Below, piece after piece: positions 1-17,977 of a DNA stretch of 64,000 nt. This DNA is from the human T2T-CHM13v2.0 reference genome, Homo sapiens. The notes below the pieces were generated by a model. That model was given only the letters and a program-made list of their open reading frames with translations, was not told the origin of the DNA and did no database searches. The stretch is taken from NCBI RefSeq assembly GCF_009914755.1, contig NC_060930.1; one strand, given 5' to 3'. The first letter of the stretch is position 1. The number at the start of each line of letters is the position of its first letter. The translations under genes and the position numbers were made by a program.

Positions 1-184
1 TTTTATGGTGGGCATTGGAGAATCTGGCTTCCAGAGTTTTTATTGTTATTTTTTTCTTACAAACTCTTGTCGTTCTAACTTATCTCTAGATGCTACCTGA
101 GAGAAACAGAAGATAAAACTACCACCAGGACGCACCAGCAGCATGACACAGGGCCAGTGACTTCGGCTGCTAAAATCAAGACGT

Positions 185-200
185 ACACCAGAGGGCGCTG
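185..200 (+). promoter_or_regulatory. Candidate CTCF motif
   Basis: ACACCAGAGGGCGCTG versus core CCACCAG(A/G)GGGCGC, one mismatch, in non-repeat DNA that retains CpGs. Confidence 0.4.
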
Positions 201-460
201 CAGTTAAAGAGCGAGGCAGAGGTGAGCGGGCTGCCCGGGTCCAGTCTCCTAGGGTCTAGAAAAGCTATGAGCACAGGCCTTGGGGAGGCGGTAGGAGGAC
301 CTGAGGCTTCCATGAAAACCAAGGGCAAACATACTGTTTCATTCAGGCTTCGGCTACCTGGATGTGTGTTCCTCGGGAGAGTGGTTGTGTGTGGTTTTCG
401 CACACCGATCTGGATTGTTCTTATAAAGCTGAAAGGGCCACGTTCATAAAACAAAAATAA

Positions 461-789
<329 letters not shown>

Positions 790-1163
790 ATAAATTCTTA
801 AATAATGAAAAGTGCCTGCAGACTTCTCCTACTCGGTGAATGAGAAAATGTCCATGTTGGCACCCCGTCAAGAGGATAGGTTTTCACAGTACTTAGGGGA
901 GACAACCTCCAGAAATAAAATAACCTTGTGGCAGTTTACTCACAGTGACTTCAGTCCTCAGGGAAAATATGGGCTCAACAAACTGTACACTAGGACTATA
1001 ATAAATATTGGAGATGGATAATAATTAAAATATAATTTTAGTTAGTTGAAATATTATTCCATCAAACCATTTTTAACTCCAATACAGATATACTTTTTGA
1101 AAAAAAAAATGGAAATACAGGCAACTTCATAGAAAAAAGGCCCTCATAAATGTTAAATTTAAA

Positions 1164-1435
1164 TTTTTTTTTTTTTTTTTTTTTTAGACAGGGTCTCTCT
1201 CTGTCACCCAGGCAATCTCAGCTCACTGCAAACTCTGCCTCCTGGGCTCATGCAATCCTCTTGCCTCAGCCCCCAACCCCCAACCCCCACCCCCTCGCGG
1301 CAGTAGCTGAAATTACAGGCATGTACCACCACACCCAGCTAATTTTTGTATTTTTAGTAGAGATAGCATTTCACCATGTTGGCCAGGCTGGTCTTGAACT
1401 TCTGGCCTCAAGCGATTTGTTCACCTCGGCCTCCC
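1164..1435 (-). repeat. Degraded AluS/J with a C-rich insert
   Basis: Alu motifs with deletions. Confidence 0.8.
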
Positions 1436-1867
1436 TAGAAAACATTTAAATTATCTCTTGATAGCTGTTTGTGTGAGAGGTGTTTATACTGTCGTGTGCT
1501 GTTTTTTCTGTTAACATAATTTCAAGAAAACAAATGAAGATTTTTATGCAAATAACCTTTTATAATACAATGAACTGCCCTTATGGAGGTTCAGAAATGA
1601 TGAAAGTGTAGGCAAATGAAGCCTCATAGATAACAAAAGGGTTCCCACTAACTCCTGCCCTCCATCTTAACCTCGGCACTGCGTGTTCAGAAAATCAGAA
1701 GGCTGGAAACTCTTACCAGTTCTAACTCAGTGGATGGATGAGGGATCCATCCATCCCACAGAGAGGACATATGAAAATTCCAAAATCTGAGCAGATACCT
1801 GCACAGTGCATTAGCTACCCTACAAAAGGAAGTGCTTAAATACAATTTTTAAAATGTTTTGGTTACT

Positions 1868-2179
<312 letters not shown>

Positions 2180-4677
2180 TTACTAAGAGCTATCAAAAAG
2201 AAGTGTGGTTGCTTTTCACAAGAAGTTGACAATAAACTTTTTAGTGATTAGTAAATGATGGAGTGATTTTAAACATTGAAAAGCAATCCCTCATTGTTCC
2301 ACATTATTGTGAAGATCCACGGTATGCTAGTTTGTTAAGCGGGAGCAGGTGTGTTTCTTTCCAGCGGACAACTCTGCCTGGCACCTGACTGAACCTCTTC
2401 CAGGGGTATCTTGGGTCCTGGGCCAAGCTGGCGTGGGTGCAAGGGGGAGGTCATTTATATGGAGCACATATAAATGCAAAAATCATTATTGAATTGATCT
2501 CTTCTCGGTACTCATTATCCAAACCTGAGTGTGACTCCCCAGCTTTTTATTTGAAGCTCAAGTGTACGCCTGCATGATGTGCGGGTGAGATTTAGGAGAT
2601 GTGTAAGTCTCCACATCTCGCACTGAGCCATGTACCCGTTAGGACTCAGATGAGTGACAAAAGTGCAAGAAACCACAGGGTCAGCTGGTGCATTGCTCCA
2701 GAGACTCATTTTGGTCAAAAATTTGTACAGGATAAGCGTATTCATATTTGTTTATATTAAAACAAATCCAACTGTACTACGGTGTAAAATGCAGAACTGG
2801 ACTTGATTTTCTTTTTCAGTGAAAACAAGGAACATCAAAAAATTACTGCTTTGTAGAGGGCTGCTGTGGGCTGGGTTTTGGTCCTTAGGAGCAAAACATA
2901 TACTCACTCCTGCTCTTCTGCCAGGAGGGGCAGTTCAGGAGAATCATCTGGAGACCGGATTCTCATTTATCAATTTCATTTCACATCCAAGGAAACTAAA
3001 GCACGAGGAGAAAACTGATGTGTGGATGTGATTTGGGCTTCATACACCTTCCTTCTTCCATTAAACTTTGGCTATGTCTTCCTACTTTCAACCTCAGCCT
3101 TGACCAAGTAGACAATTCAAAGGAAGCCTGGTCTAGTGGTCCAGGGAGGAGCACAGGAGGGTCCATGATTCTAGTTCCTGTTGTGCCACTAACCAACCAT
3201 GTGACTCAAGCAAGGGATTGCATGTCCCAGTCCCTCGGTGACAGAGACATGTCAAAGTGGAGTGTGAAGGGCTGTGTGAAGTGGTGGAGCCTGAAACCTG
3301 GAGTCCAGCGATTGAAGGCACTTTGGTAAGGAACGGAGGTGGGCTGCCCAGGAGCAAGTCCAATCTCAAGCTAGCACACTTGCCCTCTGCCTTATCTGCA
3401 TGGCCTGTGGTTGGTGACTCCAGCACTGGGCACAGTGATGAACACATCATAGGTGGTTAATGTGCCTCTGCTGAATGAATGAGGCATCATGGGAAACCCT
3501 GCAGAGGTGGTTGGCATTTGCAGTAGAACTCAAATCAGAGGGGTTTGCTGGGAGAAGGAGATGGATAACTTTGTAAAACAGATGTGCATGATTAGACTTA
3601 TGTCCCTCCTTGCTAGCACAGAAAAATCCCTGATGTTTATCAGTAGTTCTAAAGGCAGGATGGAGCTCAGGCTGGTGGAGTGTGTTTTATTCTTTCACCT
3701 TCCCAAGTATTTGTGATCCTTCCTTTCAGCACACTTGGGAAAGCCAAGTGAGAATGGGGCTTGGTGAGCAGGGAGTCCCAGGTCTTGTGGGGATCACAGA
3801 ACCTGCCTTCCTTTCTTCCTCCATCCTCCTGGGAAAGAGAGCTCCCCTTCTTCACCCCATGACACTGTGAAGAATTAAGCCTAAGAGAAACCTGTGCCGT
3901 ATCACCATTCCTTTGTTTAATGTTTCTCACTTTACCTTTCTCTCCGTTTTCATTGCATCTGGTGACCGGAAATGCTGCTGGGAGGAGGGAGACTCCTGAG
4001 GGAGATTGGTGCCATAGCGTGGGGAGCACCAGACACCAGGGATAAAAGCGTCCACATATGCACTGTCTCACGGAGACACTAGACACTTCACTAGAAAGTG
4101 GAAGGCAGAGATTTAGACTCATGTTTCGTCTGGCTCCAAAGCCCGTATTTATCTCACTGAGGTGGGTATAAACTGTTTATCTTGTTGGAATTAGGAAGAG
4201 AGTGGTAGAACTTTCAGGAACCTTCATTGTCAGCTAGATTTGTACTACGAGATTTTCCCGAATTTCCAGTGCAAAAGGCCCACAGCCAATTGGTCTGAGG
4301 AAGGAGGCTCTAGGGGAGCCGTTTGTCCCCCAGCAGCAGGAGGAATCCAAATGAAAATCTTGGCCACACCGCGGCTGAACTGGCTCTCAGTCACATGGAA
4401 GAGGTTCCATTTCAGGTGTGCTCTCTGGGTTTTCTTTTAGTGGACTTTGGGAGAGGAAAAGGGCTGGATTCCTACTACTGTCCTCACCTGAATGAAGGAG
4501 AAGCAGGAAAGAGGAGGGGCTCAGATTCCCGGGTCCTGAGTGCTTGGGGGGCCGCTTGAGTGACTCTATGGGCTTTGTGGGTTAGACTCCTGGGAAGACC
4601 TGGCTGGGCACCTAATTTCTATTTTTAGAATCCTTTCTGGTAGAAAGTAAGTTCCAGGTTCTAAACATGAAGTGCAA

Positions 4678-5518
<841 letters not shown>

Positions 5519-7305
5519 TCACTCAGAAATAAATTAGACTAAAACCAGTCACCACCTGAAATGACTCCGTTCCTGCCAAATGCTTTGCGACCTGTCTCTT
5601 TTCATTAGGTAGGCTTTGTTGGTCCTGGTATGGAGGCTTTTATGTATTTCATCTTCCGTGGAGCAAATGGGGTGATAATAAATAAATGCTTGCTGTATAC
5701 AGGTGGGGCAACGGAGGGACGCCAGTGTCAGAGTAGTGGGCGGGTTCTGCTCTCCCTTGCCCACTATTGCTGGGTGACCCTGGAACAGCCAGTTGACTGT
5801 TCCAGGTCAACTTTGCTCATCTGAATACGAAATTAGGGAATAGAACAAGCCTTCATCAATCTCCAAAAGTCTGTGATCCTGTATATAAAGCAAAGTTTTA
5901 TCGCAGAGCCTCCTGAAAAAGGACTAATCAAATTATGATTCAATGAGTGATTTTTTTCATAGCTATATAGTTATTATCAGAGTAGGTTATTGCTTATTTT
6001 TGAAGTCTGTGTTTGGAAAAGATTAATACAGTTATAAATTGTGTTTCTCAAAAGTCCCTTGAGTGACAGGGGACATTAAGTTAACAATTGTAGATCCTTT
6101 GTTTTCTTTGCATTTCCTTTGTGATACGCAGCTAGCAAGTTATCTGATTTCCAGCACAGCGTCACAGACATTTCCATGCCTTTGACTTTAGAAAATGCAA
6201 GCGTGAGTGTTGCATCTTGGAATTATAAATATTCGTGGGTATATAAGTTCATACCCACACATAATGCAAAAGTTAGGACTTCTGAGAAAAATGGTGGCTG
6301 GAGTTATCTTCAAAGAAGGGAAGCAATCATACTTTACTTTGCTGCAGTACTGCTTAGGATAACTATGTTTGTCTCTCCCTTGGCTTCACCAAGTCAAATT
6401 TAAGCTGCCCTTCATTTTTACCAAATTTTCTGGCTTTAGAAAGAAACCACCCATAGTGCTGACAGTGTTGAAAAAGCTGATTTTTATGTCTTTTTCCTCT
6501 GTAAACGTGGCTACTTCATTCCAGGCTGGGGAAGAGGGGAGGGCATGGGTTCGGTCTTTCTACAAGATGCTCCTCTGTTCATATGCGGTTGGTGAGAATG
6601 TGTAAGTGGTCATCTGGGATGAGCCGCAAGTCTTTCACAGAGTGTGAGCTGTATTAGCCAGTTCCCAATGAGGCTTTGCATGATAGAGCCACAGCAAAGG
6701 GAAAAGACATATAAAAAGGCTGATTTTTAAACCTACTGCATCAGAACATGTACTTTGAAAGCTATGTAGACAGAGTGAATATAGTTTTAGGGAGGCAGGA
6801 TTCTGGGCACCCACTGCTGTTGTAGGAAGGACAGGCCCCTACAAGTAGGTGTGCTGGCGCCTGTGGCTGGGAAATCTGTATTGGCTCTGCCTTTGGGCTG
6901 AATTGAGCAGAGCAGGAGCCATATGGAAGGTCAGACACCCTCCACAGTCCTGTCCTTCCCTTGCACAGCTCTCCCTCTGCCCTCTCAAAGACAACCTTTG
7001 TTTGTGCAGCTCTTTCTATGGGAGGCACTTGTTGACTTTCAAGTTGCAGGTTGCTCAGGAAATATTATTTACTACATTTCTTAGGTGAGGAAAGAAACAT
7101 TGGAAGGTGAATGCACAGGCCCAGGGTCACACTAGTTAGTAACAGAGGTTGCTTTTGAACCCAGATCACTTGTCATCAAATGAAATGTTCTCTCTGGGGT
7201 CCCTATGACTTCTAAAAGAAATTCTCAGAATATTTCCTGCAACTGATTTGCTGTCTTTCCATCATTTCACTTGTAGCCCAGTGTTAATAAGATATTTTAT
7301 AACCA

Positions 7306-7980
<675 letters not shown>

Positions 7981-8937
7981 GATCTTTTGTGACCAGCAAT
8001 ACAGAACCATTCAGGGACTCTATGAAAAGCTCACATCTTGTGGCCAGGGGACAGCAAGTGGCCACAGCAGCGAAGAGGGGGAAGTGTCAGGATGGGATGA
8101 CCGTCACCAGTTCCTGCTTCTCAAAGGCTGGGCAGGAGCTGGACTATTTGCAAGGGTCTGGTAGACTGGAGGAGCTACAGCCATCAGTGGTGGAGGGAGG
8201 GGAAGGGGGAGAGGGAGGGGGTTACCACTCATGGGACACCTGCACCATGTGAAGCACAGCGCTCCCTTAAGCTCCACAGTGGGAGGGCGGAGCCTGCAGG
8301 GCAGATGTTCTCTCTCAGCCTCCAACAGGGAGGCAGCAGGTGATGGCCTGAGCATGAGCACTGGATGCTGTTCCCGGGACGCTGACTTGGAAAGGAGAGG
8401 CGGGGAGAATCCACGATGCTGCTCAGCAGGGAGTCGACTGCCCAGTGGGGCAAGGGTGGCATCCTTTAGGATGTTCCTGTGATCACCCTGGCTGGGCCCA
8501 GCCTCACCGGGCTTCTGCCGTGGGCCAGTGTGGATCTCCAGCCCTCCCGTCATCTTGATAAGCTCCCTTTCAATAGGCTGGTTTTTGGCTACAGATGGGT
8601 TCTACTGTTTGCAAATGAAAACCCAACCAATGCAGCCAGAAAGAGGCAGAGTCAGGATTCAAACGGGGCCTCTCCTGTGCTATAAGCCTGTTGTTTGCTC
8701 TTCTGCACCCCCAGAAGTGACCGGAATCTGAGTGACTGTCAAATCCTGTCCAGTTTAAGTTTTCATGGGAAATCGATTTACAAGCAGGTCTGTGATTAAA
8801 TATGTATAGATGTTTAAACTGATTGCTGAGCTAGTTGTCATGAATGAAACTGGCTAATCTCTATGTTACTGGCATTTCCAGGGGAGGAGAGCAGAAGTCA
8901 CACATACTGGGTTGTCAATGTGAGAGGCAATTGGTGG

Positions 8938-9301
8938 TGTCTTTGTTGTTTGTGTTGCTATAACAAAATACCACAGACTGAGTGATTTATAATCAATAGA
9001 AATTTATTTCTAACAGTTCTGGTGCCTGGGAAGTCCAAGTTCAAGGGTGTGGCATTCAGTGTCTGGTGAGGGTCTTTATGTGGCAGAAGGGGAGAATGCT
9101 GTGTCCCCATGGCGTGGAAGGCGGAAGGGCAAAAAAGGGTCTGAGCTAGTTCCCTTCAGCCCTTTTGCAAGGCACTAATCCACTCAGGAGGGTGGAGCCC
9201 TCACGATTTAATCACTCCCCAAAAGGTCTCACCTCTTAACCCCGCCACAATGGGAGTTCAGTTTCAATACATGAATTTGGGGGGACATTCAGACCATAGC
9301 A
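8938..9301 (-). mobile_element. MaLR LTR (MSTD/MLT1A-like)
   Basis: TGCTATAACAAAATACCACAGACTG ... TTCAGACCATAGCA. Confidence 0.8.
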
Positions 9302-9319
9302 GATAGGCTATGGAAGGGA

Positions 9320-9530
9320 TGTACTGGTTAAAACATAGATTAGGAGTCAGACAGATTTGATTTCAATTCTATCATTTAATGTACTTCTGGGGGCTTGGAC
9401 ACGTTATTTATCTTGTTTGAGCCTCATCTGCAGAATAGAGATAATAATTTCTATTTCACAGGGATTCTGCACAGCACATGCAAAGTGCCCAGCACAGTGC
9501 CTGGCACACGGTGGGGGCTCAGTAAATGGA
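9320..9530 (+). repeat. MIR-like
   Basis: GGAGTCAGACAGA...CCTCATCTGCAGAAT...CACAGTGCCTGGCAC. Confidence 0.6.
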
Positions 9531-10317
9531 AGTTATTTCTTTTATTTAAGCACATGGCTGAATTCAGCTCTCACGGCAATGCTAATAGGTGGGTCCTTTC
9601 TTGACTGGCTGTCCCTTCTTACATAAGTTTAGGAGTCTTCCTTGTCAGCATACTCTCACCACCCTCTAAAAGGGGAATGAGATCAGGGAGAGGGAGCAGT
9701 GAGATGGGGAGGAAGCCAAGCAGATGTTTAGGAAGTTTTATATGACCCTAAAATGCCACCTGGATTGTCTGTTTTCAGGTCCATTATTGATCTGTTAGTC
9801 AACAGTTAATTGAACCTGTTTATTTTGCCTGCCAGAGTGCCCAAGAAAATCTAGATTATAAAGAGTCTATTATAAATTAAACACACTCAGCATTTATCAT
9901 AAATGGTGGCACAATTCCTCTGAGTTGGGTCAGTCACATTGCCCCAGGCCCTGATGGAAGGTGCACAATCCACCCAAACAAGGCTTACAGTTCCAAGCAT
10001 CCACGCTGAGCTCCCCACCCAGGGATGCGGCTCTTCCCGGGTAGTGGAAGGAAGGCAGGTTGTGAGCAGCACTGGTCCAGGAGCAGCCCACCACTCCAAT
10101 GAGCAGTGATGGCTTTGGAGGAAGCAGTCGAATCCTCCACTATAAAGTAGGTCAATCAACACTTCATTAATGAATATTTGATAATAAACCACATTGTATT
10201 CTATTACACAGGGCAGTGGATATGAAAGGTCTTTCTCAGTCTGCTTAGTGAAATACAGGTTTTAAGGGAATGTTCAGTTCCTTTCTCTCTTTCTTATATA
10301 AAATCTGTATCTCTTAA

Positions 10318-10644
<327 letters not shown>

Positions 10645-11278
10645 TTAGCCTGTATAATTCTCACAATGTTCTTGAGATGTGTGTTGTTTATTGTCTGCTT
10701 TACAGAGGTGGAAATCTGCAATTTGGAAAGGATTTTTGCAGGCTTGTGGTGTCTGGAAATGGTGGAGCAGGGGCTTAAACCCCAATATTTTGACACCAAC
10801 CTTGTATTGATTTCTTCATTCCCCACGTGAGGACCACCTACCATGTGCCTACAGCTGGGCTGGGCACCGGGAACACCAATCTTAGCCATGGCCCCTGGTT
10901 AAGAAGAATTTCCTTTTTGCCATCCTGTCTGAGACGGCACCACTGTTTTCTGGCCCTAATTAATGAGCCATTCATAGCCTGAAGCTAGAGGATGAATAGC
11001 TATATTCAGGTTTCCCATTTATGGTAATTTTCTTTGGAAGCCGACCAGTTTTCAGCTCCACTTCAATCTGCCCATGTGCTTCATAGTGACACTGTTGAAA
11101 ATGATGTGGAAGTGGAAACATATCTCACCAGGCCCCACAGAGAGGCACCACAGGAGTCCACGGCTCCCTGACTCCCTTCAGTCTGGGAAACAGAAGAGGA
11201 GAAGCTCCAGAGTTGATGTCTGCCCCATGGAGAGTGTCCTTGCTGTTGTTTTTATTTTTACAATTTTTAATATATATT

Positions 11279-12072
<794 letters not shown>

Positions 12073-12294
12073 TGCTTTCGTTTTTGTTGTTGTTGTTGTT
12101 GTTAAATAAGAGAAAGCAGAGTTTAGTTTTTACCCTGGCAAAAGAGACAGCTACTTTATCTGACCCTTCACAACATCTCAGAGGGGTAGGGGTTCAGTGG
12201 AGTTATTTATTGAGACTGTGAAGTCTGGCTGAATGCAGTTCTTTACGTGTGGTACTTGATTAGAGAGGCGCTACTCTTTTAAAACTCCAGAATG

Positions 12295-12741
<447 letters not shown>

Positions 12742-13656
12742 CTACATCTGAGCAGCACAGCCCCTTCTGTGTCTCTGAGTTCACTGCTGCTTTCTAATTT
12801 AGTCCAGGGACAAATCCTCCTTTCCTCCCCACCCTTCAAAAACTGGAACTTCCTGGGAGCATCATATGCATAACACAATAATCATCATAAGCATCCTAAC
12901 AGCAGCATGAGCCAGCCTCAATCCACCCCCGACAGTGTGCGGGCAACCGTGCTAAGCACGTCACATGGACGCCTCTCATGGGAGCCGTGTAGCTGTGCTG
13001 TGACATGGCTGCAGGTTCATTCCCATTACAAAGGGTAAATAACTGGGACAAGGTAGTTAGTAGTGCCACAGCCAGAATTCAAGCCATGGTCACCTGAGCC
13101 CAAAGGCCATTTGCTGTTAACTCCTGTGCTGTAGAAACTCTCTCTCCTTTTACAACTTACTGTTCCTTCACAGTAGCAACAAATTTTTTTTAAGTAACAT
13201 CCAAATGTTTCTTCACAAGAGAGAAGACTGACTTTCTCAGTACAGGGCCCCTCTCTTCTTTTGGCCTGGGAGGAAGTTTAGGCTTTAATCCACATTTCAG
13301 TGGTAAGGGAGCTTCTCCCATTCTCGGGATGCCTTCCAGGAGAAAGCGGTTTCCTCAGCAACCCACAGCCCACATGCCAGCCCCTCTGCCAGTGAATCCA
13401 TTGCTTTGAGAGTCTTGGATTCTTAAAGTTGTTTCTGTTGGGATGTTCTCAACTGCTTAGACACATGTTATGACAAATTAGTGATTAAGAAGACACTGTG
13501 TTGCGCTAGAAGGCGTGACTATTTAAAGAAATAAAAGAACACTGTCAAAATGGTGGTTGCTACAGACCACAGGGCTCTGAGCAGCGGGTCCATTTATTTC
13601 CCCAGCTTTGGGCAGATATTGAATTATTCCAGATACATGAGGTTCTACATGTTTTA

Positions 13657-13893
<237 letters not shown>

Positions 13894-14471
13894 TTATTTT
13901 TAATAGCTAATCCAAGTACTGCACCTGACAATCTTGACATTACTTCTAACTATTTGCTCCTTAGGTAGAAATGGACAAAGAGTCGCCCGCTTGATACAGG
14001 GGATCACACTTGTCCTGCCGGATTGTCTTGGAAGAAGGACTATGGTGGAGGAAAGGACTCCCGGCCTTCAGGGAAGGGTAGAGGGTGAGGGGACAAGTGA
14101 GCCCCAACCTCAAGCTTGATGTAAGTGGAGGGCCAAGTCTACTGGGTCCTTCAGGAACCATGAGCATAAGAACTTCCGGAACCTCTGCAAATGTGTGCTT
14201 GCTGACTAGTGCCTGCTTCCTGTCAAAAACACACAAAGAAAAGGTTCCACACACTTGCTTCCTGGGCAGCAAAAGAGATAAAGAGGAGAAAGCAGGTGAT
14301 GGGTGAACTGGCTCTAGGCAGATGGGGAGAGAATGGCCCTAGGGGACAGTGAGGGGCTGCTTTGTTAGGAGAGGATGAAGGCTGATTTTTGGTGGCCAGA
14401 ACAGGGAAAGAGATAAAAGCCCGGAGACTCATAAGGAGTCTCTGAAAGGACCCTGACACTGAGCAGGAGAA

Positions 14472-14530
14472 AGGCCCTAGCACACTCCTATGTGTGTTCG
14501 ATGTTAGAGAGGCCCTAGCACACTCCTATG
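14472..14530. repeat. Perfect 21-bp direct repeat with a 17-bp spacer
   Basis: AGGCCCTAGCACACTCCTATG at 14472 and 14510. Confidence 0.9.
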
Positions 14531-16031
14531 AATCCTACCATGGGCTTCCACGTGCTTGTGAACTATGCAAGTTCACAGAGTCTTGACATATCCCTGGTAA
14601 AATCACATCTCCTCCTGGGTTCTGGTTTTTTCATTCTTTGTTGTATTTTTGTCTGTTCTAGTGAAAGACTTTTATTTTTTATGGAAAGACATAAAAGGGA
14701 GGAAAAACAGAAAACATTTCTTGGAATGGGTGGAGGACTTTAGAGGTGGAAAATTGGGAATAGGCAGAATCAATTTCAAAGGCAGGTGACAAAAAAAATA
14801 CATAAGTAAAACAAATGAAGAAAGGAAGAAGTGGTAAAGGGAGAACACAGAATTATTATTCCAAGCTCATGTGTCTTATAGACAGTATCATCACAGCCTT
14901 CCACTCATTCCATAGCCATTTATGAAGTCCCTATCATGCCCAGGGTCTGTGCTGTGCTATGGATGAAGCATGTGTGAGTGAGACTTGGAGACCCCAGGGT
15001 TTCTCAGGGAGCTGGACTGTGTATTGCAGGTGGATGATGAGACATGAAAGCCAGAAGCCCAGAACTGGTCCCAAGGGTCTCAGAGGAGGCAAGATTCCTC
15101 TCTGCTGGGACGGTGCAAGCAGGTGTTGGGGAGGAGGAAGCCTGAGAACCAGGACCTGAATAATGGCAGGTGGAATTTGGTCCTGCCCACCTGGGGGAGG
15201 GGGTCCTAGGTGGGAAGGATATTGAGGGCAGAGGCATAGAATGAGAAAGTGCAGGCTCAATGAAGGGAGAAAGTCTGCACCAAAGGAAGCCTGATATGGA
15301 ATGGGAGAAAATTGTGTTGGAACGAAGTTCAGAGCCCAGGTGCGGAGCTTCTTGACTTCCTTCATTTTTAGGTCACTGGGGAGTCATTGGAAGCCTTTGG
15401 CTTGTGTACAGATGGCTGGGGCAGGGGTTGGGGGAGTGCTGTGTGGCTGTGACTGACACTTTGGGGTGAGGGTGACAGCAAAAGCCCTTCTCTTGATGTT
15501 TATTACAAATGAGGAGCTGTCACCTGTGTAATTATTGGTGAGCCCAGGTACCATTAGCCTGTTGCAGGCTGCAGCAGCAGCTGCTGATGAGAAGGCTATG
15601 AGTGCCAGAGACTTTATGCAAGTCAAGGGCATTGCTGGGTGGCTCTACAGAAGGATGAACGATGGCTCCTTCTGACCCTGTGGGCAGCCTCATGGTGGGA
15701 ACTTGCTCTGAAGCTGCTGGCCCCAGCTCATGCTTTGCTCCTTTAGTATTTGGAAGCAGAACGGCCCCCTTTGATGGAGCACTCACCCATAAGTGCGAGG
15801 GAACTGCCTGGCCGCAGGCAAACTTCCAACCCACACAGACAGTGGCTGCTCTGAGTGGCAGCTTTGCCTCTCCACCACGCTGGCCTTCTACGCTGGGGAT
15901 TCTGGAGGCTCAGTGAAGCGATTTTGAGCCAATATGGAAAAATACAATCCCAGATCATATTACCCAATTATCTATGTTCCTGATTATTGTTTTTCCAAGA
16001 TAAGTGATTCCATAGCTACAATAAGGAATTA

Positions 16032-16341
<310 letters not shown>

Positions 16342-17597
16342 GAATTACCTAGAAATTGAATATTTGTATACCTTAGTGGCAGTTCAGCGTGTCATCATCC
16401 TATACTCATTCTGAGGAGGGGTAGGCAGCAACTGCATTTATAACCTTGGTCCAAATGTGGCACAGCCTGGGTTCCTGGTCAATGGCACAAGCTGAGCTCC
16501 TAGTCAGCAGCCATGTATAAGTTACTGCTTTACAAAGTATTGTTACATTATCTGGAATTCATTATAGAAATTCCCAGAAGTCTGGTGGCATCTGGACAGC
16601 ATATATGCATTGTAGAAAAAAGATATAGCTCATCTTCTTTTGCTAATGCTTCAGCAATATTTAGAACTGATCTTTTATGAGTCCACCCCTCTTTACCCTC
16701 TAATGTCACGCACCCCACCAGCCCCCGCCGACTCTCTGAAATTATCCTGTTCATTGTTTGCTATCTCCTCTCATGAGAATACTTGCCTCCAGTGAGCAGG
16801 GACCCTGTCTCCCTGGTTCATGGCTATGTTCTTGCCTGGAACAGTGGGGAGCCTGCCTTTTCCTTCCTTGCATTTGTGGATCAGGCTCTCTGCATGTTCC
16901 TCCTTGGGGTCTGACCTTCCAGACATGAACACTCTTCATCAGCCCCCTTGGCCTTCCTCTTACGTTAAGTATTAAATAAGGAAGAAGTTAAAAGGAGGGC
17001 CTGTTTTAATAGGCACTCATTAAAATTTGTATTCCTAGGCAAAAGCACTTGTCTTTTCACTGACCACCATTGACTCTGGTTTATGTTATAATTACAAAGA
17101 ATTCTCAGTCTTAAAAGGAGGATTAAGTGATTTATACTGAAGTATGTTTCATCTTGTTTTCTAAATGTAATGCACTTCTCAGTGACACAGGAACTGGAAG
17201 GCAAGTAGCTGAGGACATCAGTCTTTAGCCAAAGACCCACAGGATCACACCGGAGCTAAACATATTGGGTTTACCACGCACTGCAGTGCTGGAGGACACA
17301 CACCATGGGGAAACTTGGACAGTCTCAGTAAGAGCGTATGAAAAGACAGAGAATTTGCATTTGTGTTTTGGGGAGGACTTGAGGAAGTCTAGCTTTGCTC
17401 TGCCTTGGATGCTGTCAGGAAGTGGGGAATTCTGTGACTGAGTATCTTGGTCATTCTTATCCAGAAAGAAAAAAAAGGAAGCAGCTAGAGCCCTACTGGG
17501 TAAAGAAGCAGCAGCCACTCATATTGGCCAGGACAGAGAGACGCTGGTCATTTTGATTTCAGGAATGCTCTTATTTTTGGCCATGTTCAGACATGAA

Positions 17598-17977
17598 TGA
17601 AAGACTTTCCCTGGGGCCTGGAAGCTGGGGGTGGTGGGTGAATAACTCCTCCCTCCTCAAAGCCAGTCCCAAGGCGCAAGACCACTTGGGCCAGCAGCAT
17701 GTGTCAGCAGGACAGCAGAAGCAGGAAGAGAGCTGGCCGGAAGACACATACACCCTGAAGACCGAGAGAGAGGCCATCCAGGTACTGTATAGCAGTTACA
17801 TCAGACTGAGACAAGTCCCGTTTACAGGAGACTATAAACCCCTGCCCCGTCCTCATTTGGTGCTGACGCCATTTTAGGCCTCAGCCCGTCTGCACCCAGG
17901 CGCTCATTAAAGCAGCATGTTGCTCCACACCAACTTGTGTTATTTGTTGGCGCGCTCTCGGGGTTTGAACGGATACA
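17598..17977 (+). mobile_element. 5' LTR (MER48-like), last ~11 bp of U5 lost
   Basis: About 91% identical to 20040-20420 (about 33 differences counted by eye). TATAAA near 17833 and ATTAAA near 17906. Joins pol sequence directly after GATACA. Confidence 0.88.

Noticed and set aside
1732-1756. GGATGGATG...CATCCATCC hairpin
   Set aside because: Only a 9-bp low-complexity stem; plausible by chance.
15500-15930. Exon-like unique sequence, possible processed pseudogene
   Set aside because: No frame resembles a protein I recognise; no poly(A) tail or TSD.
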